A stretch of 47,498 nucleotides of DNA from a virus (IMGVR_UViG_2660238269_000006), one strand, 5' to 3'; shown: positions 9,527-18,327, counted from the stretch's first letter. The notes: generated by a model from the letters alone, not told the origin. Numbers and translations: made by a program.

Positions 9527-10288
9527 ATGGAAACCGTTTTTGACGCACTGAAAGCAATGGGAAAAGCCAGCTCTGTTGGACTGGCTGAGCGGCTTGATAT
9601 CAGTCGTGAAGAGGTTCTCAACGAACTGTGGGAACTCAAAAGAAATGGCGTTGTTGATAAAGCGGGTCACATCTGGTTTCTGGCTGGCGAAGGTGAATCC
9701 GGGGTAACCGAAGAGCAGCCAGAACAGTCTGAAGTACCGGATGTGCTGACCGGGGAGGTCGAACAAAAAGTTACCGCAGACATGATGATTGAGTTTATCG
9801 GTCAGGAGGGGGCTAAAACGTGTGAGGAACTGGCGGATAAGTTCGGTGTTAGCATTCGCAAGGTTGCTTCCACGTTGGCGGTGGTAACCGCAACGGGACG
9901 CCTGGCACGCGTAAATCAGAACGGTAAATTTCGTTACTGCATGCCGGGCGATAATTTACCAGCAGAGCCGAAAGCCGTGCCGGTAACGGAAAATGATGGT
10001 AAGGCCTTTCCTCAGCCAGCAGGTGTTGCGTTACCAGTACAGGAATCTGCAACACAGGAAGATATTAAAACAGAAACAGTGGCGGACATTGTGCAGTCGT
10101 TGCCATCGTTTACCGAAACGCAAGCAGATGAGCTGATTTTTCTGTCCCTGTGCAGGGCAAACCTGGCGCTGCGCAGGGCGAAAAGTGATGTTCAGAAGTG
10201 GGAGCGAGTCTGTGCCGCGCTGCGGGAACTGAACAAACACAGGGATATTCTCCGGGATATTACCGCCACCAGAGAGCTGCTGCGGTGA
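9527..10288 (+). CDS. Hypothetical prophage protein (253 aa, DUF1627-like)
   Basis: ORF with RBS TAGGAGG; acidic, probable winged-helix N-terminal region; family assignment tentative. Confidence 0.45.
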   Translation: METVFDALKAMGKASSVGLAERLDISREEVLNELWELKRNGVVDKAGHIWFLAGEGESGVTEEQPEQSEVPDVLTGEVEQKVTADMMIEFIGQEGAKTCEELADKFGVSIRKVASTLAVVTATGRLARVNQNGKFRYCMPGDNLPAEPKAVPVTENDGKAFPQPAGVALPVQESATQEDIKTETVADIVQSLPSFTETQADELIFLSLCRANLALRRAKSDVQKWERVCAALRELNKHRDILRDITATRELLR

Positions 10289-10602
10289 GTGGCTGGAAGA
10301 AGTGGCGCTGGGCGGAAATTATGATACTCCGGCAGTGTGCGGGAACGATGACAGTCGAAAGCATCGGCAGTCTGATTGGCCGTAGTGGGGCTGCCGTCAG
10401 GACGAAAGCGCGGGAACTGGGTATCTGCATGATGTTACGGGGTGATTATCACCAGTCAGCCAAATGTTCACAGCGTGATATTGAGCTGGCGCGGCAACTG
10501 CATCAGCGTGGCGTACCCCGACGGGAAATTGCCGAAAAGTTTGGGATGAAGTTGGGCGCAGTGAATAACTACGTTTATTTCGACAGGAGGGTTCAGGCGT
10601 GA
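10285..10602 (+). CDS. Hypothetical HTH-containing protein (about 105 aa)
   Basis: GTG start overlapping the upstream stop (GTGA at 10285-10288); C-terminal [20 protein letters not shown] is HTH-like. Confidence 0.4.
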   Translation: MSGWKKWRWAEIMILRQCAGTMTVESIGSLIGRSGAAVRTKARELGICMMLRGDYHQSAKCSQRDIELARQLHQRGVPRREIAEKFGMKLGAVNNYVYFDRRVQA

Positions 10603-10904
10603 GGGTGAGAATTTATATCGCCGGTCCGATGACGGGATATGAAAATTTCAACCGTGAGGCGTTTCACAGGGCGGAAGAAGCACTGAAACGGGAAGGGCAT
10701 ACCGTTTTAAACCCGGCAGTACTTCCGGACGGACTGACACAGCCACACTACATGGATATTTGCATGGCGATGATACGCTGCGTGGATGCGATTTACATGC
10801 TGAAAGGCTGGCAGCGGTCGGCAGGCGCTAAGGCAGAACTGGCACTGGCGGAGAAACTGGGACATGCGGTTATTTTCCAGGAGGCAACCAGTGAGAAAAA
10901 TTAA
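10599..10904 (+). CDS. DUF4406-like protein (nucleoside 2-deoxyribosyltransferase-like fold)
   Basis: [40 protein letters not shown] pattern; GTG start with AGGAGG RBS, overlapping the upstream stop. Confidence 0.5.
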   Translation: MRVRIYIAGPMTGYENFNREAFHRAEEALKREGHTVLNPAVLPDGLTQPHYMDICMAMIRCVDAIYMLKGWQRSAGAKAELALAEKLGHAVIFQEATSEKN

Positions 10905-11454
10905 TTATCAGACGCTACGTGAGATAGCAAAACTGGCAACCCAGGGCGAATGGGTCGCATTCATTTCGCCGGGCACTGATACATATGCGGTGCATACGCC
11001 GGGGGATGAACGTTGCGGAGACATTATCAAATGGCCTGGCTTTGATGACCAGAAAAATGCAGAGAACAACGCAGAATTTATTGCAGCTTTCAACCCTGAA
11101 GTAGTACAGGCACTGCTGGATGAACGGGAAGCCCAAAGCAAACGTATTGCAGAGCTGGAAGCTAATCTTGTGGCGCTGGCGGCGGAGAATGCACTTGCTC
11201 GTAAAGCAGTTCAGGCATTCTGCGATGTTGTTGGCGACAACACCGAGGTTATCTGCGAGGAGGTTGGGAGAGATGGCGTTCTGGTTATTTTGGAGGCCAT
11301 GAAGGCAACAGGAAATATGCCTGCCACCGATGCTTTCCTGGCTGAAGTACGAGCGCAGGGCGTGGAGATGTTTGCGGAGTGTGCATACACACTTGAACAT
11401 CATGATCACGCAGTAGCCTTCGCCGCTGAGCTTCGCAAAGGAGGCAACCAGTGA
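10891..11454 (+). CDS. Ead/Ea22-like protein
   Basis: INYQTLREIAKLATQGEW... with central coiled-coil; GTG start in the context GGAGGCAACCAGTGAG, identical to the start context of the next gene. Confidence 0.5.
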   Translation: MRKINYQTLREIAKLATQGEWVAFISPGTDTYAVHTPGDERCGDIIKWPGFDDQKNAENNAEFIAAFNPEVVQALLDEREAQSKRIAELEANLVALAAENALARKAVQAFCDVVGDNTEVICEEVGRDGVLVILEAMKATGNMPATDAFLAEVRAQGVEMFAECAYTLEHHDHAVAFAAELRKGGNQ

Positions 11455-12128
11455 GCAAGATTGACTATCAGGCATTGCGTGCTAAGGCAGAAAAAGCAAC
11501 GTGTGGCGAGTGGTCGCTCGAATATGGAGAGGGACGATTTGATGGTGATGATGCGCTAATTCATCGTGAAGTTGCTGGATATATTCCCATTTGCAGAATT
11601 GAAGGAGCGCATCCTGAAAGCGGTTTCGATGAAGATTTCCAAATGGAACAGCAGGCCAATGCTGAATTCATCGCCGCAGCCAATCCAGCTACCGTGCTGG
11701 CGCTGCTGGATGAACGGGAAAGAAACCAGCAATACATCAAACGCCGCGACCAGGAGAACGAGGATATTGCGCTAACGGTAGGGAAGCTGCGTGTTGAGCT
11801 GGAAGCAGCAGAGAAGCGGATTGCTGAGCTGCAGGCGCGGGACGTTAAGCCAGTTGCATGGATGAGGAATGCTAACGTCACATCATTCATGTCGAGGTTC
11901 ACAACCGATGAGAAATATGCAGTTGAGCAATGGGGTGATGATGCAGTTGCCCTCTATCCACTCCCTGTAGCTTTCATCCCTGCATGCTTTACAGACGAAA
12001 GAAATCTCATGCATATCAACGAGCGCGGGCGAGAAACGTCACTTATCTGGAGTAAGCAGAACTCAGACAGCGGCGACATTAAACTTTTTCGTATCGCCGC
12101 CGCAGCCGGTAAAGGAGAGGAATCATGA
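11451..12128 (+). CDS. Ead/Ea22-like protein (paralog)
   Basis: IDYQALRAKAEKATCGEW...AEFIAAANPATVLALLDERE parallels the previous gene (AEFIAAFNPEVVQALLDERE); same RBS/GTG start context. Confidence 0.5.
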   Translation: MSKIDYQALRAKAEKATCGEWSLEYGEGRFDGDDALIHREVAGYIPICRIEGAHPESGFDEDFQMEQQANAEFIAAANPATVLALLDERERNQQYIKRRDQENEDIALTVGKLRVELEAAEKRIAELQARDVKPVAWMRNANVTSFMSRFTTDEKYAVEQWGDDAVALYPLPVAFIPACFTDERNLMHINERGRETSLIWSKQNSDSGDIKLFRIAAAAGKGEES

Positions 12129-12655
12129 GCACTATCACAAGAGAATGGCTGCAGCAGGCTATCAACGATTATGAAAGCGTTCGTGATGAGCTTCCTTTCG
12201 GGCTTGATGATTACCAGGGGAATATCCTGGCTTCCCTGCGTATCGCACTGGCATCTCTGGAAGCAGAGCCGGTGGCGTGGAAGGTAACATTCACGCAAAT
12301 TGACCGTGAATATAACACGTTCACTGGTATGTATTCTGACAAAGCAGAAGTCGAACGGTGGGTGCGGCTGCATAAAGCATGTAATTTTCGGGCAGATATA
12401 ACACCGCTTTATACCGCCAAGCCAGTGCCGGTAACTCCGGATGGTTGGATAAGCTGTAGTGAGCGAATGCCGGATACCAAAACAGCCGTTCTTGTTGCCA
12501 GGGAGTTTGACAGGAAAGGTGACTGGCGAATGAAATGGGCGACTTACATCCCGGGGCATCCTGACGCTAATGATGGGTGGGTAGTACCTGGTGCGTCGTG
12601 GATACCATCACACTGGATGCCGCTACCAGAACCGCCGCAGGAGGTGCGCCAATGA
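12125..12655 (+). CDS. DUF551-like protein
   Basis: C-terminal WISCSERMPDTKTAVLV...WIPSHWMPLPEPP motif; ATGA overlap with the upstream gene. Confidence 0.5.
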   Translation: MSTITREWLQQAINDYESVRDELPFGLDDYQGNILASLRIALASLEAEPVAWKVTFTQIDREYNTFTGMYSDKAEVERWVRLHKACNFRADITPLYTAKPVPVTPDGWISCSERMPDTKTAVLVAREFDRKGDWRMKWATYIPGHPDANDGWVVPGASWIPSHWMPLPEPPQEVRQ

Positions 12656-12735
12656 GCTGGCCTGAGGCCTTCTCAAATGTTGGTATTGCAATGGCGGTGG
12701 CGCTGGTGGTGTATTCGATTTGCCGCTGGGGATAA
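12652..12735 (+). CDS. Small hydrophobic peptide (27 aa)
   Basis: ATG overlapping the upstream stop (ATGA); MSWPEAFSNVGIAMAVALVVYSICRWG; followed by a hairpin. Confidence 0.3.
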   Translation: MSWPEAFSNVGIAMAVALVVYSICRWG

Positions 12736-12745
12736 ATCGCCGAAA

Positions 12746-12779
12746 AAAGATCCCGCCACAAACATGAGCCGGGATCTTT
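12746..12779. terminator. Hairpin between convergent genes (bidirectional terminator candidate)
   Basis: aaagatcccg (12746-12755) pairs with cgggatcttt (12770-12779); A-run before and T-rich after. Confidence 0.4.
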
Positions 12780-12857
12780 GATTTATATAGCCTACGAATC
12801 CGCAGTAAGAGAGGGGCAGACGGTTTATTCTAACACCGGAATGATGTGGGTAAAAGT

Positions 12858-13157
12858 TTATAAGAAATCGGTTTCATAACTTTGCCCACCATGATAGATA
12901 CCGACAATAAAGACTTTTCTGCCATCAACGGCAAAAGCAATAATCGTTCTGTGGCGGAAATGAGTTACCCGCATCCCCTGGCGAATATCATCGCGTTTAT
13001 TGCCCCGATGCGGGAATGTAGAAAACCCATCAAGATAATCAAGAAGCGCATTGGCATAATTGTCAGCAATGATGTTCCCTGCTTTCTCCGTTATATATCT
13101 GTGCAGGTTGATTATTTGTTGTTCGGCCTCAGGAGTAATGATGACTTCATATGTCAT
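12858..13157 (-). CDS. parE: ParE/RelE-family type II toxin
   Basis: 99-aa protein MTYEVIITPEAEQQIINLHRYI...RVTHFRHRTIIAFAVDGRKVFIVGIYHGGQSYETDF, typical ParE; immediately downstream of an RHH antitoxin gene. Confidence 0.65.
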   Translation of the reverse strand: MTYEVIITPEAEQQIINLHRYITEKAGNIIADNYANALLDYLDGFSTFPHRGNKRDDIRQGMRVTHFRHRTIIAFAVDGRKVFIVGIYHGGQSYETDFL

Positions 13158-13162
13158 GCAGA

Positions 13163-13420
13163 TTACTTCCCGGATCGAATCGCGACGCGAACCTGTGAAA
13201 TGGAGCGTCCGTTGTTTGGGTTTTCGCGGATAGAATCAAGAGAGGGGGCGGCTGAATGCGTTAACCACGCTTCGATTGCTTTATCGCGCTCATTCAGTGC
13301 GCGAAGCCCTTCACGAATGACCTCGCTTTCTGAAGCATAGGCGCCGGAAGCCACACGGGCGCGCACCATGTCAGCCATCTCGTTAGTTAATGTAATGCTG
13401 AATTGTTGGGTTGTACGCAT
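13163..13420 (-). CDS. parD: ParD/CopG-type ribbon-helix-helix antitoxin
   Basis: MRTTQQFSITLTNEMADMVRARVASGAYASESEVIREGLRALNERDKAIEAWL; ATG at 13418-13420 with RBS GAGG; 5-nt gap to parE. Confidence 0.6.
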   Translation of the reverse strand: MRTTQQFSITLTNEMADMVRARVASGAYASESEVIREGLRALNERDKAIEAWLTHSAAPSLDSIRENPNNGRSISQVRVAIRSGK

Positions 13421-13555
13421 GGTAAACCTCACGGAGTAGGATAGAACACTATTCGATGATAGCACGCTGCCTGTTGACGACAACAGAAATCAGAGACAAT
13501 ATTGCCGCACGCCAGCCTGAACAACTGGCACCTGCTGCGCCAGCAGAGACAACCG

Positions 13556-13834
13556 ATGGCGCAAGATACCAAATTACACAATTCGGATAACTCCACCGCC
13601 CCTGCCAGCAGGCACGGGCGGCGTTCTCATGCATTCAAATCTGACTGGTTCCAGCATGACCCATGCACTGAAGAACAGGCCGAATGGCTGATCCAGTGCT
13701 ACCGCAGACGTGGTTACGAGTTTCAGAAAGATCTCAGCTTCGATCGTCGTCACTGGATAATCTCCGTCAGGCTCCCTTATTCCGAACGCCCACCGCGTCC
13801 GTCCCGCACATTCCAGCAGCGCATCTGGAGGTAA
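13556..13834 (+). CDS. Hypothetical protein (92 aa)
   Basis: ORF divergent from parDE and upstream of the DUF968 gene; no recognisable family. Position resembles the small gene between ydfU and relBE in Qin. Confidence 0.3.
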   Translation: MAQDTKLHNSDNSTAPASRHGRRSHAFKSDWFQHDPCTEEQAEWLIQCYRRRGYEFQKDLSFDRRHWIISVRLPYSERPPRPSRTFQQRIWR

Positions 13835-13835
13835 C

Positions 13836-14885
13836 GTGCGGGTATTACTTCGACCTGTTCTGGTACCGGAACTCGGGATGGTGCTCCTTAAGCCGGGCCG
13901 TGAATCAATGTCAGCATTCCATAACGGCAGAATATTGGTGGAACCGGAACCGAAAAACATGCGCGGTCTGCCGTCCGGAGTCGTTCCTGCCGTTCGCCAG
14001 CCGCTGGCAGAGGATAAAACATTACTGCCATTTTTCAGCGATGAGCGGGTTATTCGTGCAGCAGGTGGTGCAGGTGCACTGTCTGACTGGTTATTACGTC
14101 ACGTGAAATCCTGCCAGTGGCCACACGGCGATTATCATCACAGCGAAACCGTCATTCACCGTTACGGTACCGGCGCGATGGTGTTGTGCTGGCACTGTGA
14201 CAACCAGCTGCGCGACCAGACATCAGAATCACTCGATCAACTTGCTCAGCAGAATCTGGCAGTCTGGATGATTGATGTTATACGTCACGCAATAAGCGGT
14301 ACGCAGGAGAGGGAGTTATCGCTGGCCGAATTATCCTGGTGGGCGGCCTGCAATCAGGTGGTGGATGCACTACCTGAGGCAGTAGCGCGTCGTTCGCTGG
14401 GATTACCGGTGGAAAAAATCCGCTCCGTATACCGTGAGAGTGACATCGTACCGGGAGAACAGACAGCCATCAGCATACTGAAGCAGCGCACAAAAAATAT
14501 TGCGCTGCCACTTCACGTCCACCAGCAACAAAATCCACCACAGAAAAAAACGGTTGTCAGTATCGCCGTTGATCCGGAGTCTCCTGAATCGTTTATGAAG
14601 CGGCCTAAACATCGCCGTTGGGTTAATGAGAAATACACGCGCTGGGTAAAGACACAGCCGTGTGCGTGTTGTGGTAAGCCAGCTGACGATCCGCATCACC
14701 TGATTGGTCATGGTCAGGGGGGAATGGGAACAAAAGCCCACGATATTTTCACGCTACCGCTGTGTCGGGAGCATCATAACGAGCTTCATGCGGATCCGCT
14801 GGCGTTCGAAGAAAAGCATGGTTCTCAGGTTGATTTAATTTTTCGTTTTCTTGATCACGCCTTTGCAACCGGTGTGCTTGGGTAA
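13836..14885 (+). CDS. DUF968 / YdfU-like protein with C-terminal HNH-like Cys/His motif
   Basis: 349-aa ORF from a GTG start; C-terminal CACCGKPADDPHHLIGHGQGGMGTKAHDIFTLPLCREHHNELH. Confidence 0.55.
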   Translation: MRVLLRPVLVPELGMVLLKPGRESMSAFHNGRILVEPEPKNMRGLPSGVVPAVRQPLAEDKTLLPFFSDERVIRAAGGAGALSDWLLRHVKSCQWPHGDYHHSETVIHRYGTGAMVLCWHCDNQLRDQTSESLDQLAQQNLAVWMIDVIRHAISGTQERELSLAELSWWAACNQVVDALPEAVARRSLGLPVEKIRSVYRESDIVPGEQTAISILKQRTKNIALPLHVHQQQNPPQKKTVVSIAVDPESPESFMKRPKHRRWVNEKYTRWVKTQPCACCGKPADDPHHLIGHGQGGMGTKAHDIFTLPLCREHHNELHADPLAFEEKHGSQVDLIFRFLDHAFATGVLG

Positions 14886-14894
14886 AAGGGGGTA

Positions 14895-15230
14895 TTGATG
14901 TGTATAGAGTTTGTTTTGCCTTACCCGCCGACGGTGAATACTTACTGGCGACGTCGTGGCAGCACATATTTTGTATCAAAAGCCGGGGAGCGTTATCGCC
15001 GGGCAGTGGCGTTTATTGTTCGCCAGCAGCGACTGAAATTAAGCCTGTCCGGACGGCTGGCAATAAAAATTATTGCAGAGCCACCGGATAAGCGTCGTCG
15101 TGACCTGGACAACATTCTGAAAGCACCGCTGGATGCGCTGACGCATGCGGGACTGCTTATCGACGATGAACAGTTTGATGAAATCAATATTGTACGTGGT
15201 CAGCCAGTATCTGGTGGACGTCTGGGGTGA
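14895..15230 (+). CDS. rusA: RusA Holliday-junction resolvase
   Basis: LPYPPTVNTYWRRRG...PDKRRRDLDNILKAPLDALTHAGLLIDDEQ matches the RusA signature including the RRRDLDN acidic motif. Confidence 0.75.
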   Translation: MMCIEFVLPYPPTVNTYWRRRGSTYFVSKAGERYRRAVAFIVRQQRLKLSLSGRLAIKIIAEPPDKRRRDLDNILKAPLDALTHAGLLIDDEQFDEINIVRGQPVSGGRLG

Positions 15231-15267
15231 AGATTTACCCCATAATGCTTGAAGGGCAGGTCAAAAA

Positions 15268-16089
15268 ATGAAACTGGAAGATTTACCGAAATACTACTCC
15301 CCAAAATCCCCCGGCCTGACTGATGCATCGGCCTCAACGTCAAAAGATGCGCTGAGTATCACTGATGTGATGGCCGCGCAGGGCATGACACAGAATCGGG
15401 CTGAGATGGGGTTTTCTGCGTTCCTTGGGAAAATGGGCATTAGTATGAATGACAGAGAGCGGGCAACAGAATTGCTGACAGAATATGCACTCAGTCGGTG
15501 TGATCGCGTGGCGGCGTTAAGAAAACTCCCGGCAGAAATAAAACCGGCAGTGATGCGTATTATGGCTTCGTATGCGTTTGAAGATTATGCCCGTAGCGCG
15601 GCGAGCAAAAAACAGTGCCCCTGCTGTCACGGAAAAAAATTTATTGAAAGCGAGGTTTTTACAAACAAGATCCAGTATCCGGATGGTAAGCCGCCAGTGT
15701 GGGCAAAGTGCACAAAAGGCGTGTATCCGTCTTACTGGGAGGAATGGAAAAAAGTCAGGGAGGTGGTAAAAGTTGCCTGTCCGGAGTGTGGCGGAAAGGG
15801 GGAGGTTTCCACCGCCTGTAAAGATTGTCGTGGGCGCGGTGTTGCCATTCATCGTGAAGAGTCGGAAAAACAGGGTGTGCCGGTTTTCAGAAACTGCCAG
15901 CGTTGTGGTGGGCGTGGCTATGAAAGATTACCTTCAACGGAGGCATTTAATGCCATATGTAATGTAACCGATGCCATATCTCTTGATACATGGAAAAAAA
16001 CAGTTAAACGTTTTTACGATACGCTGGTGGTGCAGTTTGATATTGAAGAAGCATGGGCAGAACAACAACTGAAAAAGGTGACCAGATAG
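15268..16089 (+). CDS. Late-gene antiterminator Q
   Basis: 273-aa protein with zinc-binding CPCCHGKK...CPECGGKG...CKDCRGRG...CQRCGGRG motifs, located just upstream of a promoter/terminator pair and late genes. Confidence 0.65.
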   Translation: MKLEDLPKYYSPKSPGLTDASASTSKDALSITDVMAAQGMTQNRAEMGFSAFLGKMGISMNDRERATELLTEYALSRCDRVAALRKLPAEIKPAVMRIMASYAFEDYARSAASKKQCPCCHGKKFIESEVFTNKIQYPDGKPPVWAKCTKGVYPSYWEEWKKVREVVKVACPECGGKGEVSTACKDCRGRGVAIHREESEKQGVPVFRNCQRCGGRGYERLPSTEAFNAICNVTDAISLDTWKKTVKRFYDTLVVQFDIEEAWAEQQLKKVTR

Positions 16090-16168
16090 CTTTGTTGATT
16101 TTTCCCGAATCTGTGGTAAATTTGCCCTAACGATGGGCGTTTTATGCCTGACGTTAGAAGATTTTTAC

Positions 16169-16192
16169 ACCCGTCGCCAGGCGGGTTTTTTT
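16169..16192 (+). terminator. tR'-like intrinsic terminator downstream of Q
   Basis: Stem acccg (16169-16173) / cgggt (16182-16186) followed by a run of seven T; candidate -35/-10 (ttgatt ... tggtaaatt) lies upstream around 16096-16125. Confidence 0.5.
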
Positions 16193-16314
16193 ATGACTGA
16201 AATCACGCCAGTACAGTAAACGCGCTGGTGGCGGTGAATACCGGTCTTTCAGCTTGCTGGCTTTTTTGACAAGAGTTATTGGTGTGTCACGTTAACCGGA
16301 AAAGGGAAAAAGAC

Positions 16315-16512
16315 ATGCTAAAACAGCAGGATATGACCGAAACCGCCAGAGTGGTGTTTAATGAGTTAAGCGTCACCGAACCGGCGACAGTCGGGGAGAT
16401 TGCGCAGAATACTTACCTTTCACGCGAACGCTGTCAGTTAATACTGACCCAGCTGGTTATGGCGGGTCTGGCAGACTATCAGTTTGGTTGTTACAGACGC
16501 CTTCAGTCCTGA
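16315..16512 (+). CDS. Hypothetical small protein (65 aa), first late-region ORF
   Basis: ATG at 16315 with purine-rich RBS (aaagggaaaaagac); stop lies inside a strong terminator hairpin. Confidence 0.4.
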   Translation: MLKQQDMTETARVVFNELSVTEPATVGEIAQNTYLSRERCQLILTQLVMAGLADYQFGCYRRLQS

Positions 16513-16524
16513 AGGCTTTTTTAT
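16499..16524 (+). terminator. Intrinsic terminator
   Basis: gccttcag (16499-16506) / ctgaaggc (16509-16516), followed by TTTTTTATTT. Confidence 0.55.
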
Positions 16525-16662
16525 TTGTGGTAAATGGGCGGCTGGTGGGTGTTAGGGGCACTCACCAGCCATCTGCTCATGCGTCTGGATCACAAGCAAA
16601 CCTCAGGCCCACTGCTTTGCGCAAAAGCAGAATGAGCCTATCAGAGACAGGCTTAATGATCC

Positions 16663-17721
16663 ATGCTTAATACTGTAAAAATATCCAGTTGTGAGTTAAT
16701 CAACGCCGACTGCCTGGAATTTATCCGGTCGTTACCCGAAAATTCTGTTGACCTGATAGTCACGGACCCGCCGTACTTTAAAGTGAAGCCTGAGGGCTGG
16801 GATAACCAGTGGAAGGGCGACGATGATTACCTGAAGTGGCTGGACCAGTGTCTTGCGCAGTTCTGGCGGGTGCTGAAACCTGCCGGAAGTCTTTACCTGT
16901 TCTGTGGCCATCGCCTGGCATCTGATATCGAAATCATGATGCGTGAACGCTTCAGTGTGCTGAACCATATTATCTGGGCAAAGCCGTCCGGACGCTGGAA
17001 CGGGTGCAACAAGGAAAGCCTGAGGGCGTATTTCCCCGCCACAGAGCGCATTCTGTTCGCGGAACATTATCAGGGGCCGTATCGTCCGAAAGATGCCGGG
17101 TATGAGGCGAAGGGCAGGGCACTGAAACAGCATGTGATGGCACCGCTGATTGCTTACTTTCGTGATGCGCGCGCTGCCCTGGGGATAACGGCAAAACAGA
17201 TTGTGGATGCCACAGGAAAGAAAAACATGGTGTCGCACTGGTTCAGTGCCAGTCAGTGGCAGCTACCGAACGAAAGCGATTATCTGAAATTACAGGCGCT
17301 GTTTGCCCGGGTGGCAGAAGAGAAGCATCAGCGGGGTGAACTGGAAAAGCCCCACCACCAGCTGCTGGAGACGTATACTTCACTGAACCGGCAGTATGCG
17401 GAACTGCAGAGTGAATATAAGCATCTGCGGCGGTATTTTGGCGTGACGGCGCAGGTGCCGTACACGGATGTGTGGACGCATAAACCGGTGCAGTACTATC
17501 CCGGGAAACATCCGTGCGAAAAACCGGCAGAAATGCTGCAGCAGATAATCAGCGCGAGCAGTCGTCCGGGGGACCTGGTTGCAGATTTTTTCATGGGGTC
17601 GGGTTCGACAGTCAAAGCCGCGATGGCGCTGGGGCGTCGTGCAACTGGCGTTGAGCTGGAGACTGAACGTTTTGAGCAGACGGTCAGGGAAGTTCAGGAT
17701 TTAGCCAGTCAGAACGGATGA
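16663..17721 (+). CDS. Orphan DNA methyltransferase (N6-adenine/N4-cytosine class, DPPY motif)
   Basis: Motif IV DLIVTDPPYF near the N-terminus and motif I LVADFFMGSGSTVKAA near the C-terminus; no adjacent restriction endonuclease gene. Confidence 0.7.
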   Translation: MLNTVKISSCELINADCLEFIRSLPENSVDLIVTDPPYFKVKPEGWDNQWKGDDDYLKWLDQCLAQFWRVLKPAGSLYLFCGHRLASDIEIMMRERFSVLNHIIWAKPSGRWNGCNKESLRAYFPATERILFAEHYQGPYRPKDAGYEAKGRALKQHVMAPLIAYFRDARAALGITAKQIVDATGKKNMVSHWFSASQWQLPNESDYLKLQALFARVAEEKHQRGELEKPHHQLLETYTSLNRQYAELQSEYKHLRRYFGVTAQVPYTDVWTHKPVQYYPGKHPCEKPAEMLQQIISASSRPGDLVADFFMGSGSTVKAAMALGRRATGVELETERFEQTVREVQDLASQNG

Positions 17722-17761
17722 TATTGCAGTATTAGTTACGTACCGTTATTATCCTGCACCC

Positions 17762-17837
17762 GGCCCTTTAGCTCAGTGGTGAGAGCGAGCGACTCATAAT
17801 CGCCAGGTCGCTGGTTCAAATCCAGCAAGGGCCACCA
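17762..17837 (+). tRNA. ileZ: tRNA with anticodon CAU, Ile2(LAU)-like
   Basis: 76-nt cloverleaf: acceptor ggccctt/aagggcc, anticodon loop cuCAUaa, T-loop ttcaaat, encoded CCA. Closely resembles E. coli tRNA-Ile2 as recalled; gene name follows the Stx-phage tRNA cluster. Confidence 0.7.
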
Positions 17838-17846
17838 TATCACATA

Positions 17847-17923
17847 CCGCCATTAGCTCATCGGGACAGAGCGTCAGCCTTCGAAGCTGGTTGCGCGGGG
17901 TTCGAGTCCTCGATGGCGGTCCA
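17847..17923 (+). tRNA. argN: tRNA-Arg (anticodon UCG)
   Basis: 77-nt cloverleaf: acceptor ccgccat/atggcgg, anticodon stem tcagc/gctgg, loop cuUCGaa, T-loop ttcgagt, encoded CCA. Symbol assigned by position. Confidence 0.6.
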
Positions 17924-17936
17924 TTATCGGTATTCA

Positions 17937-18013
17937 GCGTTGTTAGCTCAGCCGGACAGAGCAATTGCCTTCTAAGCAATCGGTCACTGGTTCGAATCCA
18001 GTACAACGCGCCA
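17937..18013 (+). tRNA. argO: tRNA-Arg (anticodon UCU)
   Basis: 77-nt cloverleaf: acceptor gcgttgt/acaacgc, anticodon stem attgc/gcaat, loop cuUCUaa, T-loop ttcgaat, encoded CCA. Symbol assigned by position. Confidence 0.6.
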
Positions 18014-18025
18014 TATTTATTTACC

Positions 18026-18050
18026 AGGCTCGCTTTTGCGGGCCTTTTTT
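18026..18050 (+). terminator. Intrinsic terminator after the tRNA cluster
   Basis: aggctcgc / gcgggcct stem (one G-U pair) followed by TTTTTT; shares the GGCCTTTTTTGTAT tail with the hairpin at 18623. Confidence 0.5.
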
Positions 18051-18102
18051 GTATCTGCGTTACACCATTAACTAATAAATCGAGTGCTTATCAGGAGGCT
18101 AT

Positions 18103-18327
18103 GTGAAAAAACTGATGGTGACGATTGGTCCGTTCGAAACAGAAGTTAGTTTTCGTGTTGTTCAGGGGGAGAGTGTACTTGTTGAAGATGTATTTCATGG
18201 AAAATCAACAGGTCCTTATGTAAAAGAATATCTTATCGACGCCACGGATGAAAATATTGAGGTGGTGTACGATTCCGTCAATCACCCTGATTTGATCATT
18301 AAGGCAAAATTGAAGCCACTTTATTGA
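18103..18327 (+). CDS. Hypothetical small protein (74 aa), cargo gene in the stx slot
   Basis: GTG start 4 nt after AGGAGG (alternative ATG at 18115); AT-rich relative to flanks; no recognisable family. Confidence 0.45.
   Translation: MKKLMVTIGPFETEVSFRVVQGESVLVEDVFHGKSTGPYVKEYLIDATDENIEVVYDSVNHPDLIIKAKLKPLY

Noticed and set aside
9064-9639. 191-aa minus-strand ORF overlapping the P-like replication gene
   Set aside because: Antisense to a well-supported replication gene; Ser/Arg-rich low-complexity translation and no start context.
13502-14885. ORFs 13502..13834 and 13836..14885 as one frameshifted gene
   Set aside because: No homopolymer or other obvious lesion lies at the junction, and the downstream ORF is a full-length DUF968-type protein on its own, so they are treated as separate genes.
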